DNA of 64,000 bases from Candidatus Woesearchaeota archaeon (GTDB lineage Archaea; Nanobdellota; Nanobdellia; Pacearchaeales; GW2011-AR1): contig CAZHCJ010000001.1 in NCBI GenBank assembly GCA_964530945.1, positions 2,140 to 66,139 on the forward strand, read 5' to 3'. A program made the position numbers and the translations under genes. This document shows, piece after piece, positions 47,380 through 56,537 of this stretch. Under the pieces are notes generated by a model. That model searched no databases, was not told the origin of the DNA, and saw only the letters and a list, made by a program, of their open reading frames with translations. Positions within the stretch are counted from its first letter, which is position 1, and every line of letters starts with the position of its first letter.

Positions 47380-48321
47380 ATGAACGAAAAAAAAGATACT
47401 GGTGAGATAAAACAAAAAATTCTCTCAATAATTAACCTGCGAGGACCTAGTCTTCCTGTGCATATTGCTCGCGAAATAAAATCAGATATGCTCTTCACTT
47501 CTGCATTTCTTTCCGAGCTTGTTTCTGAGAAAAAACTTAAACTAAGTAAAATGCGCGTCGGCAGCTCTCCTTTATATTTTATTCCTGGTCAAGAAAATCA
47601 GTTAGAAAAATTCATTGAATATTTAAATCATAAGGAAAAAGAAGCTCTTGAATTATTAAACAATAAAGAAACACTCAAAGATAAGGACCAAGAACCCTCT
47701 ATCAGAGTAGCATTGCGCTCTCTAAGAGATTTTGCAGAGCCTTTCAAAAAAACTCCTGAAGGAGATATTTTTTGGCGACGTATAAGTCCAAAAACTCAAA
47801 TTAAAGAAAAAACTATTAAAGAAGAAAATGAAAAAACAAAACAAGAAAAAAACGAGGAGGAATTAGGGATACTTGAGAATTACACAAATCCCGAGAGCGG
47901 TGAAGAAAAAAAGAGATCTGAAGAAGAAAATGAAAAAGAGTTGCCTAAAGAAACCAAGCCAATAAAAATCAAAGAACGTAAGAAAGTAAAAAGGAAACGC
48001 AGCACGAGTTCTTCAAAAACTAAAAAAGAAAAATTCTTTGACCTCGTTAAGCGTTCACTAGACAAACAAGGCATAAAATTAATAGACATAGTGGGTTTTG
48101 CTCGTGGGAGAATTTCTTTAATTGTTGAGCACCAGGGTAAAAAACACTTTCTTATGGCATATAATAAAAAAAGAATCAATGAGACAGACATTGGTAGGGC
48201 AAGCAAAGGTGCAAAAAAACACGGCCTCCCCTACGTCGTTTTAAGTAAAGGCGGACCATTAAAAAGAATAGAAAGCCTCAAAAAAGATTTGGAGAAGCTT
48301 TCTGAATTTAGGAAAATTTAA
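47380..48321 (+). CDS. Hypothetical protein: N-terminal winged-helix-like domain, charged linker, C-terminal restriction-endonuclease-like (PD-(D/E)xK / Mrr-like) domain
   Basis: wH-like LPVHIAREIKSDMLFTSAFLSELVSEKKLKLSKMRVGSSPLYFI. C-terminal FFDLVKRSLDKQGIKLIDIVG...ISLIVEHQGKKH...GLPYVVLSKG. Confidence 0.4.
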   Translation: MNEKKDTGEIKQKILSIINLRGPSLPVHIAREIKSDMLFTSAFLSELVSEKKLKLSKMRVGSSPLYFIPGQENQLEKFIEYLNHKEKEALELLNNKETLKDKDQEPSIRVALRSLRDFAEPFKKTPEGDIFWRRISPKTQIKEKTIKEENEKTKQEKNEEELGILENYTNPESGEEKKRSEEENEKELPKETKPIKIKERKKVKRKRSTSSSKTKKEKFFDLVKRSLDKQGIKLIDIVGFARGRISLIVEHQGKKHFLMAYNKKRINETDIGRASKGAKKHGLPYVVLSKGGPLKRIESLKKDLEKLSEFRKI

Positions 48322-48345
48322 AAACACAAACTTATCATATCTAAC

Positions 48346-48537
48346 ATGGGAAAGATAAAAACAAAACTAATTAAGAATACTGCCGAGAAGCTCATAGAAG
48401 AAGGTATAGAATTTAATGAAGATTTTGAAAAAAACAAAAAGATACTTGGAGATACTATGCCAAGCAAAAAAATTCGTAATCAAGTGGCAGGATACTTGTC
48501 AAGAAAAATCAGGCAAGAAAAGAACAAGAGCTACTAA
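48346..48537 (+). CDS. rps17e: Ribosomal protein S17e
   Basis: MGKIKTKLIKNTAEKLIEE...SKKIRNQVAGYLSRKIRQ, which matches the archaeal S17e pattern. Confidence 0.8.
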   Translation: MGKIKTKLIKNTAEKLIEEGIEFNEDFEKNKKILGDTMPSKKIRNQVAGYLSRKIRQEKNKSY

Positions 48538-48738
48538 CTACTTCTTTTTCTTTTCAGATAAAAGACCCTCTATCTTCTTCAATCTCTTATTAATGCTCTC
48601 AATCTCTTTCTTCTTCTTACGATTTATCCAAACATTTATGCTGTTGAAAACAATATAAAGAAAAATGATTCCTCCTAATGCCTGTACAAAAACACTTAGT
48701 GAGGCAATTTGGTCTGCTAGAGTCTCTACCGTAACCAT
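48538..48738 (-). CDS. Small membrane protein, hypothetical
   Basis: One TM helix and a basic coiled tail. Confidence 0.3.
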   Translation of the reverse strand: MVTVETLADQIASLSVFVQALGGIIFLYIVFNSINVWINRKKKKEIESINKRLKKIEGLLSEKKKK

Positions 48739-48810
48739 ATCATGGTGAAGTATCTTTCCTTTTTAAATTTAAAGAAAAACACTTTTAAATCAAAATTATC
48801 TTGTATATTC

Positions 48811-48912
48811 GGCTGTGTAGCTCAGTGTTTAGAGCGCCGCTCTCATGAATTTTTCAAATAAAGGAAAAATTGGGTCAGGCGGAGGTCGGGGGTTAAATTC
48901 CCCTCACAGCCA
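48811..48912 (+). tRNA. tRNA-Met/Ile2 (anticodon CAT) with a 29-nt intron at position 37/38
   Basis: Acceptor GGCTGTG/CACAGCC. D arm GCTC..GAGC. Anticodon stem CCGCT with loop CTCATG|intron 48848-48876|A, then GGCGG. T arm GGGGG TTAAATT CCCCT. CTTTTAAAT lies about 25 nt upstream. Confidence 0.7.
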
Positions 48913-48919
48913 TTAAGAA

Positions 48920-49285
48920 TTACCCTAGATAAATTCCTCTTTTTCCATCTCTCTCTTTCCTAGGCAAAATGTGAAAATGAACGTGTCTTATTACCTGTCC
49001 TGCAACCTTCCCGTTATTTAGAGCCATATTGAATCCTTCTGCACCATATCTCTTAATCAAAATCTCAGCTACTTCATTGACAAACATCAAATAATCTTCA
49101 GAATATTCCTCTTCTAAATCTTCTAAAGTGTCAAAATGTTTCTTAGGAATTACAAGTGTATGCCCTTCTCCTACAGGGTTTGCATCCGCAAAAGCAATAA
49201 ATTTTTCGTTTTCGTGAATTTTTTCTGAAGGAACCTCTCCACGAATAATCTTACAAAAAATACAATCTTTTTCCATAGTGTTCAA
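48920..49285 (-). CDS. HIT-family (histidine triad) nucleotide hydrolase
   Basis: HTLVIPKKHF. HVHFHILP (HxHxHxx). Confidence 0.85.
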   Translation of the reverse strand: MNTMEKDCIFCKIIRGEVPSEKIHENEKFIAFADANPVGEGHTLVIPKKHFDTLEDLEEEYSEDYLMFVNEVAEILIKRYGAEGFNMALNNGKVAGQVIRHVHFHILPRKERDGKRGIYLG

Positions 49286-49340
49286 TACACTCCAAACTTT
49301 AAAAACATTAACAAATAAAATAAAATAAAATTTACTCTTC

Positions 49341-49664
49341 TTATCTTTTCTTTTTTCTCTTAGGTGCAGCTTTCTTCTTGGAGGCCTTCTTCTGAGCAGA
49401 CTTTTTCTTAGTCGTTCTTTTCTTGCTCTTCTTTGGCTTGGTTTTTTTCAAAACCTTCTTTGCGCCCTTCCTTACCTTCTTCTTAGCCTTTCTCTTAACT
49501 TTCTTTGCTTCTTTCTTAGCAACTCTCTTAGCAGACCTTACTGTCTTCCTTACATTTTTCCTAACAGTTTTTTTCGTTGCTTTCTTCTTAGGTGCCTTCT
49601 TTTTAGCGACCTTCTTTCGAACCGGCTTTTTCTTAGCAGCACGCTTTGTTTTTTTACGTGGCAT
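49341..49664 (-). CDS. Extremely lysine-rich basic protein of 107 aa (histone H1 / Hc1-like)
   Basis: Over 50% K/R/A: MPRKKTKRAAKKKPVRKKVAKKKAPKKKATKK... No globular domain. Confidence 0.55.
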   Translation of the reverse strand: MPRKKTKRAAKKKPVRKKVAKKKAPKKKATKKTVRKNVRKTVRSAKRVAKKEAKKVKRKAKKKVRKGAKKVLKKTKPKKSKKRTTKKKSAQKKASKKKAAPKRKKKR

Positions 49665-49743
49665 TTTTAACCCTCTTTTTAATTCCTTTCAGAAAGGATA
49701 AATTGTTTATAAATTTTTGGTAAAATCTTTTAATTAAGAAAAA

Positions 49744-51402
49744 TTATTTTACTTCCTTTCCTGCTTTCAGAAAACTGATTTCTCCGTCGATTAACTTAGC
49801 TAATATGTCCTTCAAATCAGAAATCTTTACGCGAATTTGTTTTGTGGTGTCCCTGTCGCGAATCGTGATATCTTTATTTTTTAATGAATCACCGTCGATA
49901 GTTATGCAGTAGGGGGTTCCAATCTCATCATTACGTGCGTAACGCCTACCTATGCTTCCTGAAATATCTTGGACAACATTAAATTCTTTTTTTAACAAAT
50001 CAAAAACCTCTCGGGAAAGTTTTTCGAACTCCTGTTTTTTGACTATTGGAAAAATTGCTGCTTTTATTGGAGAAAGTTTAGGATTTAACTTTAAAACCAC
50101 ATTATCTCTTTCTTCATCATACGTGTATGCCTTAGTCAAAGCAGCCAGAAATACTCTCTCCATTCCAAAAGTGGGCTCAATAACTCTTGGAATTACCTTC
50201 TCAGAGGTTTTATCATCGAAAATTTCCATCTTTTTTCCACTTTCTTTTTCGTGTTGTTTCAAATCAAATTGTCCCCTATTCGCGTTTCCCGCAACCTCCT
50301 TGCTACCAAAAGGATATTCGTAATCGATATCGAACGTAGCTGAACTATAATGGCTCAATTCGTCTTTTGTGTGTTCTCTAATTTTTATCTCATCCAAACC
50401 CATTTTTTTAAACCATATGATTTGCTCTGCCAACCAATACGCATGCCACTCACCTAATTTTTTCTTCTTAATCAAATTCTCCATTGAAACCTCTTTAATA
50501 ACATCTTTCCCTTTATTTTGCGTTTCTTCATCTAAAAATTTAAATTTTAAATCTAAATGTTGCTTATTCAATAAAGAACAATTCTCTTCATTAGGATTAA
50601 TAAAAAACTCAAGCTCCCCTATATGAAACTCTCTCGAACGGAATAAGAAATCTCTTGGAGCTATCTCGTTTCTAAAACATCTTCCTATTTGGGCTATCCC
50701 AAAAGGCAACTGCATACGAGAGGTTTGCTGAATCAATTTAAAATCCATAAACATTCCTTGAGCTGTTTCCCCTCTTAAATAGGCATCTTCCGCATCTGTG
50801 GCTCCTACTTTAGTTGAAAACATAAGATTGAACTTTCCTTGAGACTCATACTCTCCTCCACATTTATCACATTTAACTTTCCCAAATTCGTTCTCATCAA
50901 GCTTAGAATTCGCCCCACATTTCTTACATTTAACAAAGAGATCATTAAAATTTTCTATATGCCCAGAAGCCTTCCATGTATAGGGATGACTTATGACGCT
51001 TGCTTCCATTCCAACAATATTCTCTCTTTGCTTAACAAAAAAATCCCACCACTCTTTCTTTATGTTATTAAACATCTCTATCCCGAGTGGGCCAAAATCC
51101 CAGAACCCTGCAATGCCTCCATAAATATCACTACTTCTAAAAACAAACCCTTTTCTCTTACAAAAACTTGCAAGTTCTTCCACAGAGATTTTTTTTCTTT
51201 CTAAACTGATTTTTCTCTCTTTATCTTCAACTTTTTTATTTTTCATTTTCTTAATTATCTCCTTCGCTTTTCTCTCAGCATCATCCTTATCTTTCCCAAG
51301 ATAAGCAATTGTCTTGGTCTTAACCTTTCCATTCACACGCTTATTCTCATTAAGATAATAATATTCGTTGCCTTTGATATTTTTCTTAACAACAAAAGCC
51401 AT
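49744..51402 (-). CDS. glyS: Glycyl-tRNA synthetase (archaeal/eukaryotic alpha2 type)
   Basis: FVFRSSDIYGGIAGFWDFGPLG. Class II motifs. Cys cluster CKKCG...CDKCG. Confidence 0.9.
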   Translation of the reverse strand: MAFVVKKNIKGNEYYYLNENKRVNGKVKTKTIAYLGKDKDDAERKAKEIIKKMKNKKVEDKERKISLERKKISVEELASFCKRKGFVFRSSDIYGGIAGFWDFGPLGIEMFNNIKKEWWDFFVKQRENIVGMEASVISHPYTWKASGHIENFNDLFVKCKKCGANSKLDENEFGKVKCDKCGGEYESQGKFNLMFSTKVGATDAEDAYLRGETAQGMFMDFKLIQQTSRMQLPFGIAQIGRCFRNEIAPRDFLFRSREFHIGELEFFINPNEENCSLLNKQHLDLKFKFLDEETQNKGKDVIKEVSMENLIKKKKLGEWHAYWLAEQIIWFKKMGLDEIKIREHTKDELSHYSSATFDIDYEYPFGSKEVAGNANRGQFDLKQHEKESGKKMEIFDDKTSEKVIPRVIEPTFGMERVFLAALTKAYTYDEERDNVVLKLNPKLSPIKAAIFPIVKKQEFEKLSREVFDLLKKEFNVVQDISGSIGRRYARNDEIGTPYCITIDGDSLKNKDITIRDRDTTKQIRVKISDLKDILAKLIDGEISFLKAGKEVK

Positions 51403-51442
51403 ATTAATTAGGCACTACAAAAGTATTTAAAGTTTTTCACAA

Positions 51443-53128
51443 TTAAGCTTTGGGAAATATTCCACTATTCTTTCCACCAGTACTTCCGCTCTTAGACATT
51501 TTCTTCCTTGCTCTCCTAACCACGAATAAGACTATAATCAAAGCTAAAACTGCAATTATAAGAACTATTGCTCCACTCGTTCCACTAATCACGTCGCCAA
51601 AAGCAACAAAACCAAGCAACGGAGCTCCTCCAAGAACCACTGGTTGATCCACACTGCTTGAATATTTTTGAGAGTTTATTTCTACATGAATTGTTAAATT
51701 TCCTTCCACACTTTCATTCACTGGAACAATTGTTTCAAAATCTCTTGTTTCATTTACATCCAAAGTCACATTATCTTCAACTTCTGAAACTTTCACACTT
51801 GCATTGTCAAACAATACGAATCTCAAACCTATACTCTGATTATCCATTGATAAATCTCTAAGTCTATAATTTACACTTACTTCATCATCACGTATTTTTC
51901 TAACATCCGTCAAACTAAATTCAAAAGTTATTGGAATAACATCTAAAGTAAAATCTGTATTTTTAGAAGTTTCAGAGCAATCAACCAAAACATTAAATGT
52001 GTTTGTGCTTTCGACTGCATCTTCAGGAACACTCAATGTCATAGAGAATGTTTTTGAATCTTCCTGATTAAGATTTGCGCTTTCATCTGGGTAAGAAACC
52101 CAATTCGCATTCTCTCCTGAAACACTTAATCTGCAAGCACTCAAAGGAACATTTCCTGAATTGGATGCTGTAACGCTCAATGTTGTTTCCTGGCCCGGAT
52201 TTAATTCTTGATTAGAAATTTGTGAAAGTGTCAACTCTTTTATTGCAACTATTGCTGCAGCAGTTGTAGGTGAAGATGTTGTTGAGGTCGTTGTTTCTGA
52301 TGTCTCCTCACTTTCAGATTCTTCTTCAGCCGCTTCTTCCTCTTCTTCCTCTTCAACAGGCAAAACTACGCTAAATTCGGAAGAGTTTGAAATTAAATCT
52401 GTATGATTAACATATAGTAATACCTCGTAGTCCCCTTCTTCAGAAACTTCTAAAGTGGTATTTTCGCAATCCGCAACAGTGATATTTGTCTCTAAATTAA
52501 TATTATACCAACAAGTTGAATTCTCAACATTGGTAAAAAAGTTTAAAGGAATCTCCGTTAAAGAATCTTTTTCTCCGCTAGGCTCATAAATCAGAACGAA
52601 ACTAGCTTCCCCACTCTCGTTCCCTTCTTCTTGAGTCTCATTTGTCTCGTTGCTCTCTTCCACACTTGGAATTAAATATCCTATTGACACAGAGCTCAAA
52701 TAAGCAGTTTCATTCCCTCCCTGAGAAAACATTGCTTTATATTGGAAATATCTTGAACTTAAATTCAAATCACTTAAATCTTCTGAAGAAAAACTTGCAT
52801 TGTCGCACGATTCTAAATCACAAGCCTGGACCTCGAATGTTAAACCCTCTCCGACATATGTCACATTGTCCCACATAGTATTCTCATTGCCTGAATCAAA
52901 AACTCCTGAAGTATAAGTGCCTTGGGTTTGGTTCTCATCTAAAACAACTCTACTTAAATTAGCATCGAAAACAGTTTTATTATAAGTTCCCAAATCAAAA
53001 TCATCTTGACCCCCTTGGTCAAAAACAGCAAACCCTGTTCCAGAAAAATTAGGCTGATAAAATGCGAATAAGAAAACGACCCCTAACAAAAGTATCGCGA
53101 TAAGATACATCTCTACCTCTTTTTTCAT
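51443..53128 (-). CDS. Cell-surface glycoprotein candidate (S-layer-like): signal peptide, sequon-rich ectodomain, acidic/Thr-Ser linker, C-terminal TM anchor
   Basis: N-terminal signal. More than 20 N-x-S/T sequons. EEEEEEAAEEESESEETSETTTSTTSSPTTAAA. C-terminal hydrophobic helix followed by RRARKK. Confidence 0.55.
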   Translation of the reverse strand: MKKEVEMYLIAILLLGVVFLFAFYQPNFSGTGFAVFDQGGQDDFDLGTYNKTVFDANLSRVVLDENQTQGTYTSGVFDSGNENTMWDNVTYVGEGLTFEVQACDLESCDNASFSSEDLSDLNLSSRYFQYKAMFSQGGNETAYLSSVSIGYLIPSVEESNETNETQEEGNESGEASFVLIYEPSGEKDSLTEIPLNFFTNVENSTCWYNINLETNITVADCENTTLEVSEEGDYEVLLYVNHTDLISNSSEFSVVLPVEEEEEEEAAEEESESEETSETTTSTTSSPTTAAAIVAIKELTLSQISNQELNPGQETTLSVTASNSGNVPLSACRLSVSGENANWVSYPDESANLNQEDSKTFSMTLSVPEDAVESTNTFNVLVDCSETSKNTDFTLDVIPITFEFSLTDVRKIRDDEVSVNYRLRDLSMDNQSIGLRFVLFDNASVKVSEVEDNVTLDVNETRDFETIVPVNESVEGNLTIHVEINSQKYSSSVDQPVVLGGAPLLGFVAFGDVISGTSGAIVLIIAVLALIIVLFVVRRARKKMSKSGSTGGKNSGIFPKA

Positions 53129-53181
53129 ATCTTAACAATGATTTTTTCCTTTAAAAAGTTTTTCAAGATTCAAAACAACTT

Positions 53182-53652
53182 TTATTGGCCCAAAATCTTA
53201 ACTAAAATTCGCTTTTTCCTTTGACCATCAAACTCCCCATAGAAGATAGCTTCCCAAGTTCCAAGTTCTAAATCTCCTTCGGAAACAGAAACAATTGTCT
53301 CACGACCCATAATTGTTCTCCAAAGATGGGCGTATGCATTGTCTTCGCCAGTTAAATTATGCTTATACTTTTCCAAATCATCAAGATTCATCGGAGCTAA
53401 ACGCTCCAACCACTCTCTAAAATCATACAACAAACCACGTTCATTATCATTAATGAAAACGCTAGCAGTGATATGCATTGGATTAATTAAAACTATACCT
53501 TCCCTAATCTCAGATTCTTTAACAACTTCCCGAACTTTCTCAGTTAGGTTCACAAAATCAATTCTTTTCTCAGTATTGATAACTAAATGCTTTTTGTAGA
53601 TTTTCATAAGACAAACAAAAAGGAAAACTATATAAAACATTTCCTTTAACAC
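53182..53652 (-). CDS. YjbQ/UPF0047-family protein. The start is probably the internal MKIYKK.
   Basis: [11 protein letters not shown]...[20 protein letters not shown]...[16 protein letters not shown]...[28 protein letters not shown]. Confidence 0.7.
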   Translation of the reverse strand: MLKEMFYIVFLFVCLMKIYKKHLVINTEKRIDFVNLTEKVREVVKESEIREGIVLINPMHITASVFINDNERGLLYDFREWLERLAPMNLDDLEKYKHNLTGEDNAYAHLWRTIMGRETIVSVSEGDLELGTWEAIFYGEFDGQRKKRILVKILGQ

Positions 53653-53657
53653 ACGTT

Positions 53658-53903
53658 ATGGTTTGGAAAACATATCTAGTAATGTACTTCAATGCAGGCA
53701 AGGCTAAAGCTTCTGAAGTTGTTGATAAAGTCGAATCTGTTGGCTTCAAAACAAACTTCGGCCCAGTTGATTTTGATTACGCTTGGGAAGAAAAACCGAG
53801 TAAAAAAGAAGTTCTTGAACTTGCAGACAAACTTACAGAAGCTTTAGAAAACACAGGAGTATTATTTAATATAGACACTCACGAAGTTCCAGAAAAAAAA
53901 TAG
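53658..53903 (+). CDS. Hypothetical small protein
   Basis: 81-aa ORF. No motif recognised. Confidence 0.3.
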   Translation: MVWKTYLVMYFNAGKAKASEVVDKVESVGFKTNFGPVDFDYAWEEKPSKKEVLELADKLTEALENTGVLFNIDTHEVPEKK

Positions 53904-53904
53904 T

Positions 53905-55134
53905 TTATTTTTTTATAAGTTTATTGTGAGAATTTAAAATTACTTTAAGATAATCTTTCTTAGGAATTATTATACTTGCAACAATACTCTCATTTATCCA
54001 AGACGCATTACTTAAAGGACTGCAGATTTCCAAAACAACATCTTCAAAAAGACGTATTTTAGTTCTATCAAGATTCCCTATAATCAAAATCAAAGAACAC
54101 TCTTTACAAACTATCGTATGATTTCTTAATTCTTCTTTAATAAACTTCACCTTATCTAAACCCGTGTTCAGAACAAAAGCAACACTATTTCTCGTGTCAA
54201 GACTAATCTCTTTATTGACACCATACTTATCCAAAAGGTCGATTATTTCTTTTTCTGCTCCGGGCTGGTCCCTTATTTCTCTCACCTCAAAGAATAAACA
54301 ATTCTCAATGCCTGCAATAAGTTCAATATTCTCGCTTGAAAAATCATGGGTTACCTTAGTCTTTATCTTTGGCTCGTCAATATATTGAATACACAAAGGA
54401 ATTTTCTTTTCTTTTACATATCTTATTGACTCCAATTGAATATTTCCTGCTTCCATCGCCATGTCATAACTTAAATCAGAGATTGTCCTTGCATCTTTTA
54501 CGATTGAAGGGTCGGCTGTTTGAACACCCCTCGTGTTTTTTATTAGATGGACTGCATCTGCATCAAGGCAGTATGCTAAAAAGGTAGCTGTTTGGTCTGA
54601 ACCAGATCTATTCAAAACCCCTACCTTCCCTTCTGAAACTCCCTCGAACCCTGTAACAATAGGCAATGAATCTTTTGAAAAGATTTTTTCAATCTTATCC
54701 CTAACAAAATTACTACAACTCTTGTCTATATAATCTTCCTTTACCAAAATTCCTAAACTATATCCTGTTATGGATTCAATTTTAATCCCTCTTGAAATAA
54801 AAAATTCTTTTATGACCTCCACCATTAATCTCTCCCCTAAAGAAACAATTACATTGTGCTCATTGCTCCCCAAATCTCTTAATTTTTCTTTTAAATTTTC
54901 TTCGATTTTATTCAAATCCAATCCAAGTCCTTCAGATATTCTTAAATGTATTTTCAATAAATTGTTATATAAATCCTCTTCTTCTAAATTTATAAGTAAA
55001 TCAGTGACCCCTCTCGCTGCAGAAACAACTAAAACCTTCCTCTCTTCGTGATCTTTTTCCCAAATAGAGAAGAAAGATTTTATTTTCTCAAGATTACAGG
55101 TTATATCTCCACCTATCTTATAAATTTTTGACAT
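53905..55134 (-). CDS. Amino-acid-kinase-family protein, aspartokinase-like, with C-terminal ACT-like region
   Basis: KIGGD, VLVVSAARGVTDLL, RSGSDQTATFLAYCLDADAVHLIKNTRGVQTADP. Confidence 0.65.
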   Translation of the reverse strand: MSKIYKIGGDITCNLEKIKSFFSIWEKDHEERKVLVVSAARGVTDLLINLEEEDLYNNLLKIHLRISEGLGLDLNKIEENLKEKLRDLGSNEHNVIVSLGERLMVEVIKEFFISRGIKIESITGYSLGILVKEDYIDKSCSNFVRDKIEKIFSKDSLPIVTGFEGVSEGKVGVLNRSGSDQTATFLAYCLDADAVHLIKNTRGVQTADPSIVKDARTISDLSYDMAMEAGNIQLESIRYVKEKKIPLCIQYIDEPKIKTKVTHDFSSENIELIAGIENCLFFEVREIRDQPGAEKEIIDLLDKYGVNKEISLDTRNSVAFVLNTGLDKVKFIKEELRNHTIVCKECSLILIIGNLDRTKIRLFEDVVLEICSPLSNASWINESIVASIIIPKKDYLKVILNSHNKLIKK

Positions 55135-55180
55135 TCTTCATTGAACAATAATTGATTTAAAAATCCTTTTTCTAAACAAT

Positions 55181-55408
55181 TCATCCTAAAATTAACCATA
55201 TCACAAACAAGGTTGCAAATATGGCCAACCATATCCAAAACATTCCTTTGCTTGAGAAGAAACCAAATGGGATTGGGCCTATGAATCCTCCAATTGCCAA
55301 ATTTGTCTTGGTATTACTAGATTGGATTGTTAGAATAGATCCTATTACAACAATAAGTATTCCTATAAAAATAAGCAATGTTCCAGTTAAAATTATTTTC
55401 TCGGACAT
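55181..55408 (-). CDS. Small membrane protein, hypothetical
   Basis: 75 aa with three hydrophobic segments. Confidence 0.3.
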   Translation of the reverse strand: MSEKIILTGTLLIFIGILIVVIGSILTIQSSNTKTNLAIGGFIGPIPFGFFSSKGMFWIWLAIFATLFVIWLILG

Positions 55409-55418
55409 TTTGAAGAGT

Positions 55419-55988
55419 TTAAATAAAATTTAATATCTCTGGAATATCTTTAACTCCTCCATCGGGATTGAAATGAGCCCTCTTTTCTAAGACAAGTATT
55501 TTTGCATTCAATTTATTTTTGAATATTTCTTTGTCAGATAAAGGCACGTAAGGGTCATTATCAGAAAACATGCAAACAAAACTCTCACAATGAGATTTTA
55601 CCTTGTCAAAATCTAAAGGGGTTTCCAACCAAGGTCTTGCAATTTCCATTGCTTCTTCTCCCTCTTCTAAGATTGCTTCTTTATTAAGATTCATCCACGG
55701 GGCAATAAGTATGCATTTCTTAACTTTAACATTCTCTCCACATTTTTCCAAAAACCTTAATATTGTTTGGCAACCCACGCTATGCCCAATTAAAACACTT
55801 TCCTCAGTCAAATCTTTTGAAAATTCATTTATTTCTTCCACCCAAGAATTTATCTCTGGTTCCTCGGGATTAGGCATTTCTGGAACAAAAACTCTGTATT
55901 CTCTTTCTTCCAATTTTGATTTTATCCACAGATGTATCGGCTCTTGAGGTGAACCTTCCCATCCGTGAACGATTATTGCTGTCTTCAT
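55419..55988 (-). CDS. Alpha/beta-hydrolase (YdeN/RBBP9-like serine hydrolase)
   Basis: IIVHGWEGSP. Nucleophile elbow GHSVGC. Start trimmed to MKTAII (ATG at 55986-88), because the track ORF extends through tRNA-Cys. Confidence 0.7.
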   Translation of the reverse strand: MKTAIIVHGWEGSPQEPIHLWIKSKLEEREYRVFVPEMPNPEEPEINSWVEEINEFSKDLTEESVLIGHSVGCQTILRFLEKCGENVKVKKCILIAPWMNLNKEAILEEGEEAMEIARPWLETPLDFDKVKSHCESFVCMFSDNDPYVPLSDKEIFKNKLNAKILVLEKRAHFNPDGGVKDIPEILNFI

Positions 55989-56002
55989 TTTCAAAAGTTT
56001 AA

Positions 56003-56075
56003 AGCAGAGGGTGGGATTCGAACCCACGAATATTCGGGCTGCAACCGAACGCGTTAACCACTTCGCCACCCCTGC
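56003..56075 (-). tRNA. tRNA-Cys (anticodon GCA)
   Basis: Acceptor GCAGGGG/CCTCTGC with U73 discriminator. Anticodon stem TTCGG/CCGAA with loop TTGCAGC. T arm GTGGG TTCGAAT CCCAC. Confidence 0.8.
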
Positions 56076-56127
56076 ACAAATCTATAATTGACAGATATTT
56101 TTTAAATCTATTCATGTTCAAAAACAC

Positions 56128-56535
56128 ATGAACACTACAAACTTAATCGTCTTGCCTTTAACTGGGATGGTTATAGGATATCTTACTAATTGGATTGCAA
56201 TAAAGCTTCTTTTTTGGCCCCGCAAAAAAACATTTGGGTTTCAAGGCGTTGTGCCAAAACGTAAAGAAAAAATCGCAGAAACTATCGCAGAAAATTCATT
56301 GAAGTTCCTTCCAAAAAAGATTGACACGTTGGTAAAAGTCCCCTACATAGGCAAAAAAATTACAAACAGTATCAAAAAAGAGATTGCAAAAAAAGTCCAC
56401 CAAATGGACGATTCCGAATTGCAAAAGATAATTGAGAACACTTCAAAGAAGGAGCTCCGATTTATCACTTTCTCTGGTGCGGTCTTAGGTTTTATAATAG
56501 GCATTATACAATTTCTAATTTTAGAATTGATTTAA
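56128..56535 (+). CDS. Small membrane protein, possibly DUF445-like
   Basis: GYLTNWIAIKLLFWP...GVVPKRKEKIAE. N- and C-terminal TM helices. Confidence 0.4.
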   Translation: MNTTNLIVLPLTGMVIGYLTNWIAIKLLFWPRKKTFGFQGVVPKRKEKIAETIAENSLKFLPKKIDTLVKVPYIGKKITNSIKKEIAKKVHQMDDSELQKIIENTSKKELRFITFSGAVLGFIIGIIQFLILELI

Positions 56536-56537
56536 AA

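Noticed and set aside
55989-56069. N-terminal extension of the alpha/beta-hydrolase ORF
   Set aside because: Overlaps tRNA-Cys on the same strand. The internal Met with conserved N-terminus was used instead. The same was done for the permease ORF, whose extension 29645..29707 overlaps tRNA-Arg.
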